Assembly (NCBI RefSeq): GCF_004010195.1
Contig: NW_025214658.1
Span: forward strand, 1 to 41,247
DNA from: Chiloscyllium plagiosum
Taxonomy: Eukaryota
Direction of reading: 5' to 3'
Length of the DNA: 41,247 bases
The notes beneath the pieces were generated by a model. The model searched no databases, had not been told where the DNA came from, and worked only from the letters and a program-made list of their open reading frames with translations. A program made the position numbers and the translations under genes. Below are positions 11,641 through 21,976 of this stretch, in pieces; the stretch's first letter is position 1, and each line of letters begins with the position of its first letter.

Positions 11641-11764
11641 CGGTGTTATTGTGTGGGTGTAGGCAGGAGTAATGTGATGGTTCTGCCTCCTGGAGGATGC
11701 ACTCAGCACCCCTCATCATCCTGCAGTAACATCAACCGGGTTTCAGCAACTAGAGATAGAAACC

Positions 11765-11925
11765 ATTTCTCGGATATGGGCATCACTGGCTCAGCCAACA
11801 TTTATTCCCATCTCTAGGTACCCTTAAGAAGATGGTAGTGAGCTGCTGTCTTGAACCAATTGCAGTCCATTTGGTGCAGATAGACCGACAATGCTGGGAG
11901 GTAGAGTGTTGCAGGACTTTGGCCG
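11765..11925 (-). mobile_element. 3' end of second CR1-group LINE family
   Basis: GGGCATCACTGGCTCAGCCAACATTTATTCCCATC...GTGAGCTGCTGTCTTGAACC. Confidence 0.7.
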
Positions 11926-11929
11926 AGTA

Positions 11930-12240
11930 ATTCCCCATCTTTGGTTTGTCAAATTCTGGATAACTCAATCACGATTGGCACATGATTTTGAGATTTCAGT
12001 CTGCAAATCTTCACCATCTAGCACCCTATATAAATGAATAAGTACAGATTAGAAATTCAGAACAGACAATTCTAGTTTCACTGGAATATTTTTCCCCTTT
12101 ATTCCTCCGAAGCTGTAACCCTCCAATCCACTTACTCTCTCCCACCATTCTGATTCTGCTTCCCCCTAAAGTGCACCCTCCCAATTTTCATGGAGTTGCT
12201 GATAAACAGATCCATGCCACCACTTCCCGTCCCTGGTTCG
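11930..12240 (-). pseudogene. Relic ZNF gene intron end, splice acceptor and coding-exon 5' leader, truncated
   Basis: Minus strand TTTATATAG|GGTGCTAGATGGTGAAGATTTGCAGACTG (exon starts 12025), similar to the leaders at 15963, 18847, 26846 and 9438. Confidence 0.55.
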
Positions 12241-12254
12241 ACTCTGCACCCTTT

Positions 12255-12324
12255 CTGGGTTCACTTCCATTCCCTTCAGTTGCTGCAAGCTGGGTTCACT
12301 TCCATTCCCTTCAGTTGCTGCAAG
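12255..12324. repeat. Perfect 35-bp tandem duplication
   Basis: CTGGGTTCACTTCCATTCCCTTCAGTTGCTGCAAG twice. Confidence 0.97.
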
Positions 12325-12599
12325 TCAATAATGTAACAGCAGAATGAAACAAAAGGAATCAGAAAGGGAGGTGGCGGATCCTGGACAGAAGATGAACCTT
12401 CAGTCTGGGAGAATGGGTCAGATCTTTTTTTGTTTCCCATTGGTCAATTCCCAGTGTTATGACAAGTTGGGAATGGAACTTGGTCCCATGTGGGTGTAGT
12501 CACACTTTGAACCCCCAACAAAGCAATACTACAAGCAGATGAATCCCTTCGCCAGCCAAAGTGTGAAATGCTTTCCGCTAGTTAGTCCAAAGCACATGC

Positions 12600-12885
12600 T
12601 CCAAAACCCGCCGACATTCTGTACGTGTACAGTACTGCTTTTCCCCGCACACGTGTGGTCCCTGCTTCAGGGACTGTGGGAGTTGTAGTCCCCATGAAGC
12701 CTCTGGAGACCTGTCTCTGAAAAGTGAAAGAAAGTGTGGGTTGGAGGGTGTTGTGTATAGGAGATCCATTCAGACACACAGGACATGTGGGCTGTCATTG
12801 GGTTTTACTGAGACATCCGCTTAGACAACCCGATTTCTGACGTAAGAAATACACATTCAGCCAATTGCGGGGTGGGGAGGTTAAT
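12600..12885. promoter_or_regulatory. Promoter-like motif cluster (ZNF143/Staf ACTACA site, E-box, CRE-like site, CCAAT)
   Basis: GGACTACAACTCCCACAG on minus strand at 12674-12691, CACGTG 12650-12655, TGACGTAA 12838-12845, CCAAT 12861-12865. Confidence 0.55.
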
Positions 12886-12904
12886 AATGGGCAGCAGATT
12901 TTAA

Positions 12905-13245
12905 GCAGAGGTGGCTCAGTGGCTAGCACTGCTGCCTCACAGCGTCAGGGACCCGGGTTTGATTCCAGCTTTAGGCAACTTTGTGGAGTGTACACATTCT
13001 CCCCATGTGTGCATGGTTTTGTTCGGTGCTCCAGTTTCCTCCCACAGTCCAAAGATGTGCAGGTGAGGTGGATTAGTCATGTCAAATTGCCCACTGGGTC
13101 CATGCATGAGCCGGTTAGGCAACTAACAATGGGAAATGCAGGGTTACAGGGAATGGATGGGTCTAAATGGGATGCTCATCAAAGGGTGTGGACTCGATGG
13201 GTGAATACCCTATTTCTGCACTATAGGGACTATTCTATTCTCATG
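12905..13245 (+). mobile_element. Near full-length HE1-like SINE
   Basis: A box GGTGGCTCAGTGG, B box GGTTTGATTCC, core CCCACAGTCCAAAGATGTGCAGG, tail TATTCTATTCT. Confidence 0.9.
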
Positions 13246-13249
13246 AAGA

Positions 13250-13490
13250 AGAATGTACCTATCTCGATGTGTTTGAACCTGTGGAATTCCCTATTCAAAA
13301 TGCGGTGGATGCCAGGACATGAGCAAATTTAACGAAGAGATACAGATTTTTAATTTGCAATGAGTTGAAGGGTGAGAGAGAACAGGTGGGAAAATCCAGC
13401 TGAGACCGAGGTGAGTTCAATCCTCATGGTATTAAATGGTGGAGCTGGTTCGAAGGGCTGCATTGCCTCTCCTGTGCCCAGTGCTTATCT
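13250..13490 (+). mobile_element. CR1 LINE 3' end
   Basis: AACCTGTGGAATTCCCT...AAATGGTGGAGCTGGTTCGAAGGGCTG. Confidence 0.75.
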
Positions 13491-13809
13491 TCTTACGGTA
13501 ATAACTGGAAAGCTGAATCCAAAACCTTCACCAACGATTTTCGGAAAAAGCAGGATAGTTCGGTGGATTAGCGTTCCAAACTTAGATAGTGAGGAAGCAT
13601 GTAGGAGATAATGATTTTGCAATTTTAAACTGAGGGGAGACAGTGATTTATGGTTTTAGATTGTGTAGGACATTCAAAGCGGCCAGAATACTCCGTTGTG
13701 AATATCTATCCTGTACTTTATTACAAAGCCAAGGTCTCTGACAATGAAACCCCAAACACCCGGGAAACATCGCCTCACCTCGTAATCGGATAAAAGACTT
13801 GTGATAAGT

Positions 13810-14165
13810 CTGGTTGAATTTAGAACACAGATGGAAAGCGGGAAGAGTAAATCCAATCCCAAGATCCTGTGCTTAAACAAAGGAGACTACAATAGGATGA
13901 GGCAGGAGTTGGTTAATGTAAACTGGAAGCAAAGACTTTAGGGTGGGACAGTTGACAGACAGTGGAGGAATATCAAAGAATTTTTCGAAGTGCTCAGCAA
14001 AAGTATATATCAGTGAAAAGGAAGGACTGTCGGAAAAGGAGTAATCTGCCATGGGTGGGTAAGGAAATAAGGGACTCTATCAAAATGAAATAGAAGGCAT
14101 ACAAATTGGCAAAGACACCAAGAAAAAAATAGGAGATTAAAAAAACTTCAAAGATCAACAGAAAG
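13810..14165 (+). mobile_element. CR1 ORF2 fragment between the endonuclease and RT domains
   Basis: Encodes LNKGDYNRMRQELVNVNW...QWR...QQKYI...LPWVGKEI. Confidence 0.8.
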
Positions 14166-14317
14166 CTTGATGGGATTGGAGATAAAAAGTGATGAGTAGC
14201 TATCCCCAGGGACAGAATAGCAGTTTACACTGCTAGAGGGAAACCTATTGTTTGGGGAATATATGGCCTCTGTAATTGTTGAAGCACTGAACTGTTACCA
14301 TAGAGGTAATCCTGATC

Positions 14318-14442
14318 AAGTTACAAATCACAGCACACTCCAAAAGCTTGTAATTCCAAATAAACCTGTTGGAGTATAACCTGGTGATGTGTGGTTTCTA
14401 AACATTGTTCACCCCACCCCAACCCCAGCTCCTCCACATCAG
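14318..14442 (+). mobile_element. Penelope-associated terminal repeat fragment (second family)
   Basis: TTCCAAATAAACCTGTTGGA(G/C)TATAACC is shared with 31345-31487. Confidence 0.7.
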
Positions 14443-14794
14443 AATCCTGATAGACAGCCCCTCTGAAACTGAAGCGCCTGTCAGGTACTTGAGGGAGCCA
14501 CGGGGTTGTGGGGGGACGGATGCGTGGTTCAACCACAAAGAGCTGAACTGAACTAGCCTTTTGAACTGCCGTTGTCATGGAGATAATATTGAGAGACAGT
14601 CTGTATTCAAAGTCACAAACCACAAAAGGTAGAAGAATGGGAGCCGTACATTGGACCTGATGCTGCTGAAAGGCATTTTGCACGTAAAATATCCAGGTAA
14701 CTAACATGTCTCATCAATAAAGTCTCAAAGAAGACCTCTCAGAGTTCTGTGCCTAGTTATTCCTATCCAGCAGGGTTCAGGAATATGAGTACAC

Positions 14795-15005
14795 AGCAGT
14801 CAGTCTTCACAGTGGAGAACACGAAAAACATGCGAGTAATTGATAAGGAGACTGAGGAAGGTGAGGACTTTGAAACGACCATTATCATGAAAGAGTTAGA
14901 GCTGGGCAAGTTAATGGAGCTAAGGGTACACAAGTCTCCTTGCCCTAATGGAATTTTTCCCAGTATACCAACAGACCTAGTGGGAAAAATAGCATATACA
15001 CTTAG
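14795..15005 (+). mobile_element. CR1 ORF2 fragment
   Basis: SVFTVENT...LGKLMELRVHKSPCPNGIFP in ORF 14749-15228. Confidence 0.8.
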
Positions 15006-15498
15006 AGTTGTAGAATCCTACAGCAGAGACAGGCGCTTTGGCCCAAACTGGCCCATACTGACCAGAATGTCCATCCATGCTAACCCCATTTCCCTGCACT
15101 TGGCCCATCTGCTTCTGACCCTTTGCTATCCATGTATTTGTCCAAATACCTTTTACATGTTGTTAATGTACCCACCTCAACCACTTCCACTGGCAGCTCA
15201 TTCCATATACATACCATCCTCTGTGTAAAACAGTTGCCCCTCAGCTTCCCTTTTATTCTTTCTCCTCTAACCTTAAACTGATGCCCTCCAGTCCTTGGTT
15301 CCCTGGGAAAAAGACTGAGTGCATTCACCTTACCCATGTCTCTCATGATCTTATACACTTCTGTAAAATATTTCCCGTCTGTTTCCTCTGCTCTAAACAA
15401 AAAGGTCCTCGCTTGTCCAACCTCTCCCTGTAACTCAGACCCCTAAGACCTGGCATCATCCTTGTAAGTTTCTTCTGCACCTTTCCAGTTTAATAACT
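15006..15498 (-). mobile_element. CR1 LINE 3' end (C-terminus of ORF2 and 3'UTR)
   Basis: ORF 15080-15400: EVYKIM...GGHQFKVRGER...FTQRMVCIWNELP. Confidence 0.9.
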
Positions 15499-15499
15499 G

Positions 15500-15970
15500 A
15501 AACCTACACTGCATCCATCACATTTCCCTTGTTTCCCCATGGCGCTGGAACCGACGTGACAACGCCAATGGATTGCAATCCATGATCAATAATTCACTCC
15601 ATTACAACAATTCCATTTTCATAGCTTTCTCCATGATGCAGGAATCCTTTTGTCTTTCTGTTTTCATGGTATATTGCACTTATATAAAACAAATCTGTGG
15701 CGAAACTGTTCCTGGGAAATGTGCCATGATTTTTTAGACTTTCAAAAACCAATGAACTCTCTCTCCACAGTCCCCACGCTAACATGGACTTCGCTGTCTC
15801 AGTACTTTTTTCCAGTCACACTGACATTTGAAATATTCGTCCACGGACAGAATGCACACCTTTCCTTCCAGATGAAAAGGCCAATGATATTCAGATCGGC
15901 ACGGATCCAGTAACAGGAAGTTCAATATTAATTTCTCAACTACAAATCCTCCCTTTCAGTACTCTACAAC
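15500..15970 (-). pseudogene. Heavily decayed ZNF coding-exon relic
   Basis: Acceptor-like TGTAG|AGTACTGAAAGGGAGGATTTG. Shares GCCAATGATATTCAGATC (15880-15897) exactly with 18771-18788. Residual finger-like GGGGACTGTGGA and ATGGAGAAAGC sequence. Confidence 0.6.
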
Positions 15971-15990
15971 AGAGAAAACAGAAGGTGTTG

Positions 15991-16743
15991 GAGATCCTCA
16001 GCAGGTCTGGCAGCATCTGAAATGGTGACAGATGCAGGAAACATTGCAGCCTTGAAGAAGTGTTTAGATGATCACAACAGGCATGTGTGGTTGATGACCA
16101 ATATGGAGAAGATGGAGGCATTGTATTCAACAGTTTTATACCAGAGATTCTGACCCCATTTTATTCTGTATTTCTGAGATTCCGTCTTCTCAGAAGCAGG
16201 CAGGATTGGGAAGCAGTGGAGAATGTAAATGATGTGTGACCTTCCTAGTGAGAGGATTCGAGTGCAGGAGCAGGGATCCCTTTCTGGAAGGGCCTTGGTG
16301 AGACCACATCTGGAGTACTGTGTGTACCTTTGTTCCCCTTTCCCAAGTAAAGCTATCCTGGCTATTGAGAGAGAGAGTAAAGGTGGGTCATCAGCCTGAC
16401 TTCTGGGATGTGAAGATAGTTGAGGGCAGCAGACCCTGGAAGTCAGGGTCTATACAATGTGGTTCTGGAAAAGCGCAGCAGGTCAGGCAGCATCAGAGGA
16501 GCATAAAGATTGATGATTTGATCAGGACCCTTTGTCAGTATCGATGAACAGTCCTGACCCGAAACGTCAACTTTCCAACCCCATCGTATTCATGCTGGTT
16601 ATCAAGCTCTTATTTATTGTAGTCCCACGTTCTGGCACTCAGCGTGTAACTGATATTGTAGTGCTTGGTGTGACTTCTTCAAGGCTGCAGTGTTTCCTGC
16701 ATCTGTCACCATTTCAGATGCTGCCAGACCAGCTGAGGATCTC
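15991..16743. repeat. 71-bp inverted repeat pair (15991-16061 and 16673-16743), 69/71 identical
   Basis: Direct comparison of the arms. The ORF track shows TSSRLQCFLHLSPFQMLPD on both strands. Confidence 0.93.
16462..16578. mobile_element. Penelope-derived fold-back fragment with degenerate hammerhead-like motif
   Basis: CTGGAAAAGCGCAGCAGGTCAGGCAGCATC followed by GATGAACAGTCCTGACCCGAAACGTC. Confidence 0.65.
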
Positions 16744-16919
16744 TAGCACGTTTTGGTGTTATTGCAGATTTCCACCATTTTGCTGAAGCACATGGAGACA
16801 GAGAGCTGTACAGCTACAGGTTTTGTTTACTCTGATTCCTGGAATGTCAGGACTGATTTAGGAACAGGGACTCAATCTTCGTTTAATCCTCCTTTCCTTT
16901 GGCTTTCTGAGCTGCTGAC

Positions 16920-18255
16920 TACATCACTAATATTCTACCGCCCACTCCTTGACCTGAATCTGACCCATCTAAGCCTACACTTTAATTCCCATCCCCCTGC
17001 CAGACTATATACAACCTCACCCATGGGTCTGGCAATAGCCCCCAGCAGGGGATTTCTCCCAGCTCTGCCCAGGGGTAACCAGTCAGGCAGGTACAGGTCC
17101 CACCCAAAAACAGTCCCAGTGCCTGAAGAATTAAAGCCTTCTTTGGTACACCATTTTCCCAGCCACATATCCAGCTGATCTGCCCTCTTATTCATGCTCT
17201 CACTAGCACATGGCACTGGGTGCAAGTCTCGCGGTATTGCATTTCAGGAGCTACATTTTAATGCATCCCTGATCTCCCTATTTCCAGCTTTCAGAACCTC
17301 ATCCCTTTGTTTAGCAATGTCATTGGTATCTATGTGTTCCACAACCACTGACTTTACCCTCCAGCTCCAGAATGTCCTGCAGCCGCTCCATGATATCGCG
17401 CATCCTAGCTCCAGGAGGTAATGTACCATCCTGGATTCATGTCTGTGGCTACAGCAGTGCCCGCCCTAACCCTGACCATTGAATCCGCTGTCACTATAGC
17501 CGTGTGTCCTCTCTTTCCTCCCGCTCTGTGCAGCAGAGCTCTCTGTGGTGTCATGAACCTGGCTGTTGCTGATTTCCCGAGAAACCACCCCACCCATTCC
17601 CAACCTTACAGAATCCCAGGCAGTATACAGTATCTGTTTGAGAAGAGGATGACCACTGGGAACTCCTGCACTCCCTTCCAAAGCCTTTTACTTGATCTGA
17701 TGGTCATTCATTCCCTTTCTTCCTGTGTAACCCTCACCTGTAGTGTGACGGACTCACTAAACGTGCTGTCCATAACATTCTCAGTATCGCAGATGCTCCA
17801 CAGTGAGTCTACTCACTCCTCCAATTCTGAAAAGCAGTTTCCCAGTAACTGCAGATGGGAACCCTTCCTGCACACATAGCGTCCCTTATTTCCCACATTG
17901 TGCAAGAGGAGCACACCACAGATCTGAGGTGTCCTGTCACAACATCTTTCTACATTCACCTAGTTACTCCCATTAAGAGAATTTAAATGAGTGAGCAACC
18001 TTCCTTCACTTTAAACATGTCCATTATAATAACAAAAAAAAATCTTTACTTAAGCTGATATGTCATACTTTAAAACGTAAATACTCCACAGGTATCACTG
18101 ACAAATTGGCTAATCCCATTGGGACTGTGAATTTCTGAAAGGTCTGAACTAAAACTGAGTTTCAGCTTCACCTTCTCCCTGTCTCACGTCACTATTTACA
18201 CCCAACTCCAAAACACTCTCACTGAGCCAAGCAGCACTCTTAGTGCAGCCCTGCC
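16920..18255 (-). mobile_element. 5' portion of a CR1 LINE: 5'UTR and ORF1 (Cys-rich region, coiled coil, SGNH/GDSL esterase), frameshifted
   Basis: AIVTADSMVR (GDS block I), VVVEHIDTNDI (GTND block III) and WDLYLPDWLPL (DGLH block V) in ORFs 17405-17593, 17244-17429 and 16935-17225. Confidence 0.85.
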
Positions 18256-18539
18256 ATTTTCATTGTCTGCTCACACCTACACTTCCCTCAGCCTCCTGTA
18301 CTGTTCCAATGCACCTCAATGGGAGCTCAGGACCAGCATTGTAACTTTCAATTCAGCCCGTTGTAACCCCAGAGTTAAAATGGACTTCAGCAGTTTCTGA
18401 ATGAATAGATAGTTGTCAGAATCTGGAATGTTCCACCTGAAATGGCGCTGGAATTTGAGGCCACAAGGAATTTCAATGAGAAATTTGCAGAGAATTGGAA
18501 GTAGGGAGTTTACAGATTAACATTATAAAGTGGATGATT

Positions 18540-18895
18540 GAGACTAAATCTGACAGTTCCTGCAAAAAGACGAGGTGTAATTTGGATAAATCTGTGCTCT
18601 CTCTCAGGCCAGTACCTCCTTCCACAACTGAAGGGCCAATAGTTGAACACATACCCCAAGAGTGATCCAACCATGGACTTGAACATCTTTCTGATTTTGG
18701 CTTGACAAAAATATCGAAGATAATTTCCCACAGACAGAACAGACAAACCTTTCTCGTTCCACAGTTTAATGCCAATGATATTCAGATCCTGATGACTCCG
18801 CTAACTATAGAAACTTGTTTTTTGAGATCCCAGTCTCAATTAATATCCTATAAAATGAATTCACAAAACAAAGCACACAGTCAGTGCAAGATGAA
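18540..18895 (-). pseudogene. Decayed ZNF coding-exon 5' relic with splice acceptor
   Basis: Minus strand CATTTTATAG|GATATT (exon starts 18847), then CATCAGGATCTGAATATCATTGGC and GTTTGTCTGTTCTGTCTGTGGGAAA (FVCSVCGK). Confidence 0.65.
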
Positions 18896-19224
18896 TAGTG
18901 AAGACAAACACTTCTCTTGGTATGTGTTTGATGTGTAAATGCTCCTCTTCAAATCACCCCGGCCCCACCCAGGAAGAGGACACATGCATGCTCCTTGCGG
19001 TACCTTACCCCAAATAAAGATGGCAGCCATAACCCAGGTCCTCTCACTGCCTGAAGCCCAAGCCATCTTCCCCTTTGCTGCAATTGTGGGACCAAGATTT
19101 TCTAATTCAGACTAACGACATGCACAGCGTCTAAGTAAACCCTCCCAGTCTACACTGATACATTTCATCCGGTTTCTGCTGCCACTCTCCCCTTTACGCC
19201 TCCTGCACACAGCAAGGGTCATCA

Positions 19225-20812
19225 TGTGTCCAGTGACCCTTCCTCAGAACCGATGACAGCTGGGAAAATTAATATCCCTTCAGGAAACAGGCCCTTCGGC
19301 ACAACAATTCCACACCCACTCTCCGAAGTTAATCCCACCCAGACCCATTCCCCTATCCTATTACTCTCCATTTCCCCAGACGAAAGTACATCCCTGAACA
19401 CTTCGGAAAATTTAGCTGGGCTAATTCACTTGGCCTACACATCTTTGGACTGCAGGAGATAGGGGTTAAAGAATAACTAATAGGTGGAGACAGAGCCCAA
19501 AGAGAGACAGGAACATTTGGAAAGACAAAGGAGTGGGAAGTTGGAAAGCTATTAATGGAGGAGACAGGAACCTTCTAGCATCTCAGTGGCGGTGGTGGAA
19601 ATGGTCGCTGATGATCTACATTGTGCCGCAAAAAAGACCCTGAGCTTCCAGTTGCCTGCTCTTTAACACACAAGACTGTTCCCTGTCCAACATCTCTGTC
19701 TCATGCTTCCTGCGGTGTTCCAGTGAAGCTTGATGCAAGCTGGAAGAACACTTCAGAACATACAAAATGGCTTCCTATTTCAAGGACTGCAATTTCCCCT
19801 CACACGTGGTCAACAATGCCCTCCAGTGTATCTCCTCTACTTCCCACACCACTGCCCTTGAACCCCACCCCTCCAAATGCAACAAAGATGGAATCCGACC
19901 ATCCTCACCTTCCACCCAGATACAACGCATCATCCTCTGCTATTTCCACCACCAGATCAAACCACCTGAGATATATTTCCCTCCCCGCTCCTATCAGCAT
20001 TCCACAAAGACAATCCCCTCTGTGACTTCCACGTTAGATCACGCTCCCCACCAACCCATCCTCCACTCCAGGCACCTTCCCTTGCCACTGCAAGAGGTGG
20101 AAAACCTTTGCCCACACCTTCCCCTCACCTCCATCCAAGGCACCACAGAATCCTCCCACATCCAGCATAGATTTCCCTGCCCACCTAAACACCTCATCTA
20201 TTGTGTCCTTTGCTCTCAGGATGCCAAATTGTGGAATATTTCAGGGAACATTTCTGGGACACATGCACCAACCAACCCCATCGCCCTGTGGCCGACCACT
20301 TCAGCTACCCGCCCACACCACCCCCCAACCCCGCCGCAAAATCCGAGCCACCCGACACCTGGAGGAAGAACACCTTGGGAACTTTCAACTACACGGCATC
20401 AAGGTTTCCTCATCTCCCCTCCCCACCTTATCTCAGATTCAACCCTCCAACTCGGCACAACCCTCTTGAACAGTCCCACCTGTCCATCTTCCTTTCCAAT
20501 TATCCATTACACCCTCTCACCACTACCCCCATCTACAACGACCTATTGCCTCTCTAGCTCCACTCCTTTGTCCAACTGCTCTTATCTCTCTCTTTGGACT
20601 CTATCCCCACCTATCATTTACTTCTTAACCCCTACCTTCTGCTTAAAACCGACATTTTTTTCTCAGTAACATCAGTTCCTGAGGAAGCGTCCCTGGATCG
20701 AAAATGCGAACCGATTTCTCTTCACAGATGCTGCCAGATCTGCTGAGCTTTTCCAGTAATTCTGGTTGCTATGTGTGATTTACAGCATCCGCAGTTCTTT
20801 TGGTTCTAATTT
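19225..20812 (+). mobile_element. Penelope-like element remnant: inverted 5' terminal repeat, GIY-YIG endonuclease region and 3' terminal repeat
   Basis: HLIYCVLCSQ and EYFREHFWDT...PVADHF match PLE GIY-YIG motifs. About 19460-19540 is an inverted copy of about 20560-20635, and CTGAGGAAG motifs occur in opposite orientation near 19240 and 20678. Confidence 0.85.
19278..19458 (-). mobile_element. 3' part of an HE1-like SINE nested in the Penelope terminal repeat
   Basis: GGAAACAGGCCCTTCGGC...ACACATCTTTGGACTG, homologous to 6654-6792. Confidence 0.8.
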
Positions 20813-21104
20813 ACCCGGAGTATCTAATTCAGGTCCAGCAGACTGAAACAGTGTTTATCAACCCTCCCAGTCCACACTAACTCCATCTCTCTCCCAATCT
20901 GTGCTGTCTCTCCCACTCCCTTCACACTCACTGAGTCCTCCCTCACAGTGACACTGTCCCTGCAAAGCTGGTGGTCATGTGTTGGCCTGCTGGACCCACC
21001 CCTCATTCACTTACATTGGCCGGAGGACCACGCCAACTCTCCTATTGGTCAATCAGCCAGGCCCCATTGTGACCTGAGTGGTGGGATCCTCCCAGGTGCT
21101 TCAA

Positions 21105-21485
21105 AGGCTGAGGGGTGACCTCAGAGGTTTATAAAATCATGAGGGGCATGGGTAGGATAAATAGACAAGGTCATTTCCCTGGGGTGGGGAGTCCAGAATG
21201 AGAGGGCACGGGTTTAAAATGAGAGGGGAAGAATGTAAAATGGTTGTGAGGGGCAGTTTTTTTTTCCCACTGAGGTTGGTGCGTGTATGGAATCTTCTGT
21301 CAGGAAGTGAAGGATGTTGGTACAATTATACCATTTGGCATCTGGATGGGTATATGAATAGGAAGGGTGCAGAATGATATGTGCCAAGTGTTGGCAAATG
21401 GGTCTAGATTAGGTTGGGATATCTGGTCAGCATGGTCCAGTTTAATCATAGGGTTTATTTTCATGCTGTTCATCTCTACGGCTCT
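21105..21485 (+). mobile_element. CR1 LINE 3' end
   Basis: GDxxEVYKIMRGMGRINRQGHFPG...RGHGFK...WN-like sequence plus 3'UTR. Confidence 0.9.
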
Positions 21486-21529
21486 GCCCCGTGATGAGCT
21501 TCATTATTCACAGTGAATGGGTCAGTATC

Positions 21530-21960
21530 ACAGAGCACAGGGGCTGGAGGCTATTCAGCTCATTGGGGCTGTACTCTCTCTCTCTGGAGATGGTGCCAGT
21601 CAGTCCCAACTCACCTCCCATTTGGACATCGCCCTCCAAATCCTTCCTTAAAAATGTTAAATTTCAAATTTGTTTTGACAATAACTACTGAATCTGCATC
21701 CAGCTGTCTTTCAAACTGTTCCAGATGCTCAGACCTTAGTGAGTAAAATAATCTTCACATTTTTCTTTGCATTATTTGCCAGTTACCTGAAAATAGTTAC
21801 TAAAAATTGTGACGTTAAATTTTTCTCACACTGACTGTCTGTAAATGAAATACCCTGGAAACAAATGAACTCCTTGTCGAAATCACTGTTTAACCTTCTC
21901 AGCTCCAAGGAGAATTGTCTGACCTTCTGCTAACTCTCCATAAAAGAGAAACCTATCTTA
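21530..21960 (-). mobile_element. Very decayed CR1 3' end
   Basis: CACAGGGGCTGGAGGCTATTCAGCTC...CTTAAAAATG...CTTCTCAGCTCCAAGGAGAA pattern. Confidence 0.55.
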
Positions 21961-21976
21961 ATTTTAATTTATTAGT

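Noticed and set aside
19767..20669. 300-aa ORF as a host gene
   Set aside because: It is a patchwork of Penelope ORF frames and pyrimidine-rich terminal repeat. The GIY-YIG motifs are split over different frames.
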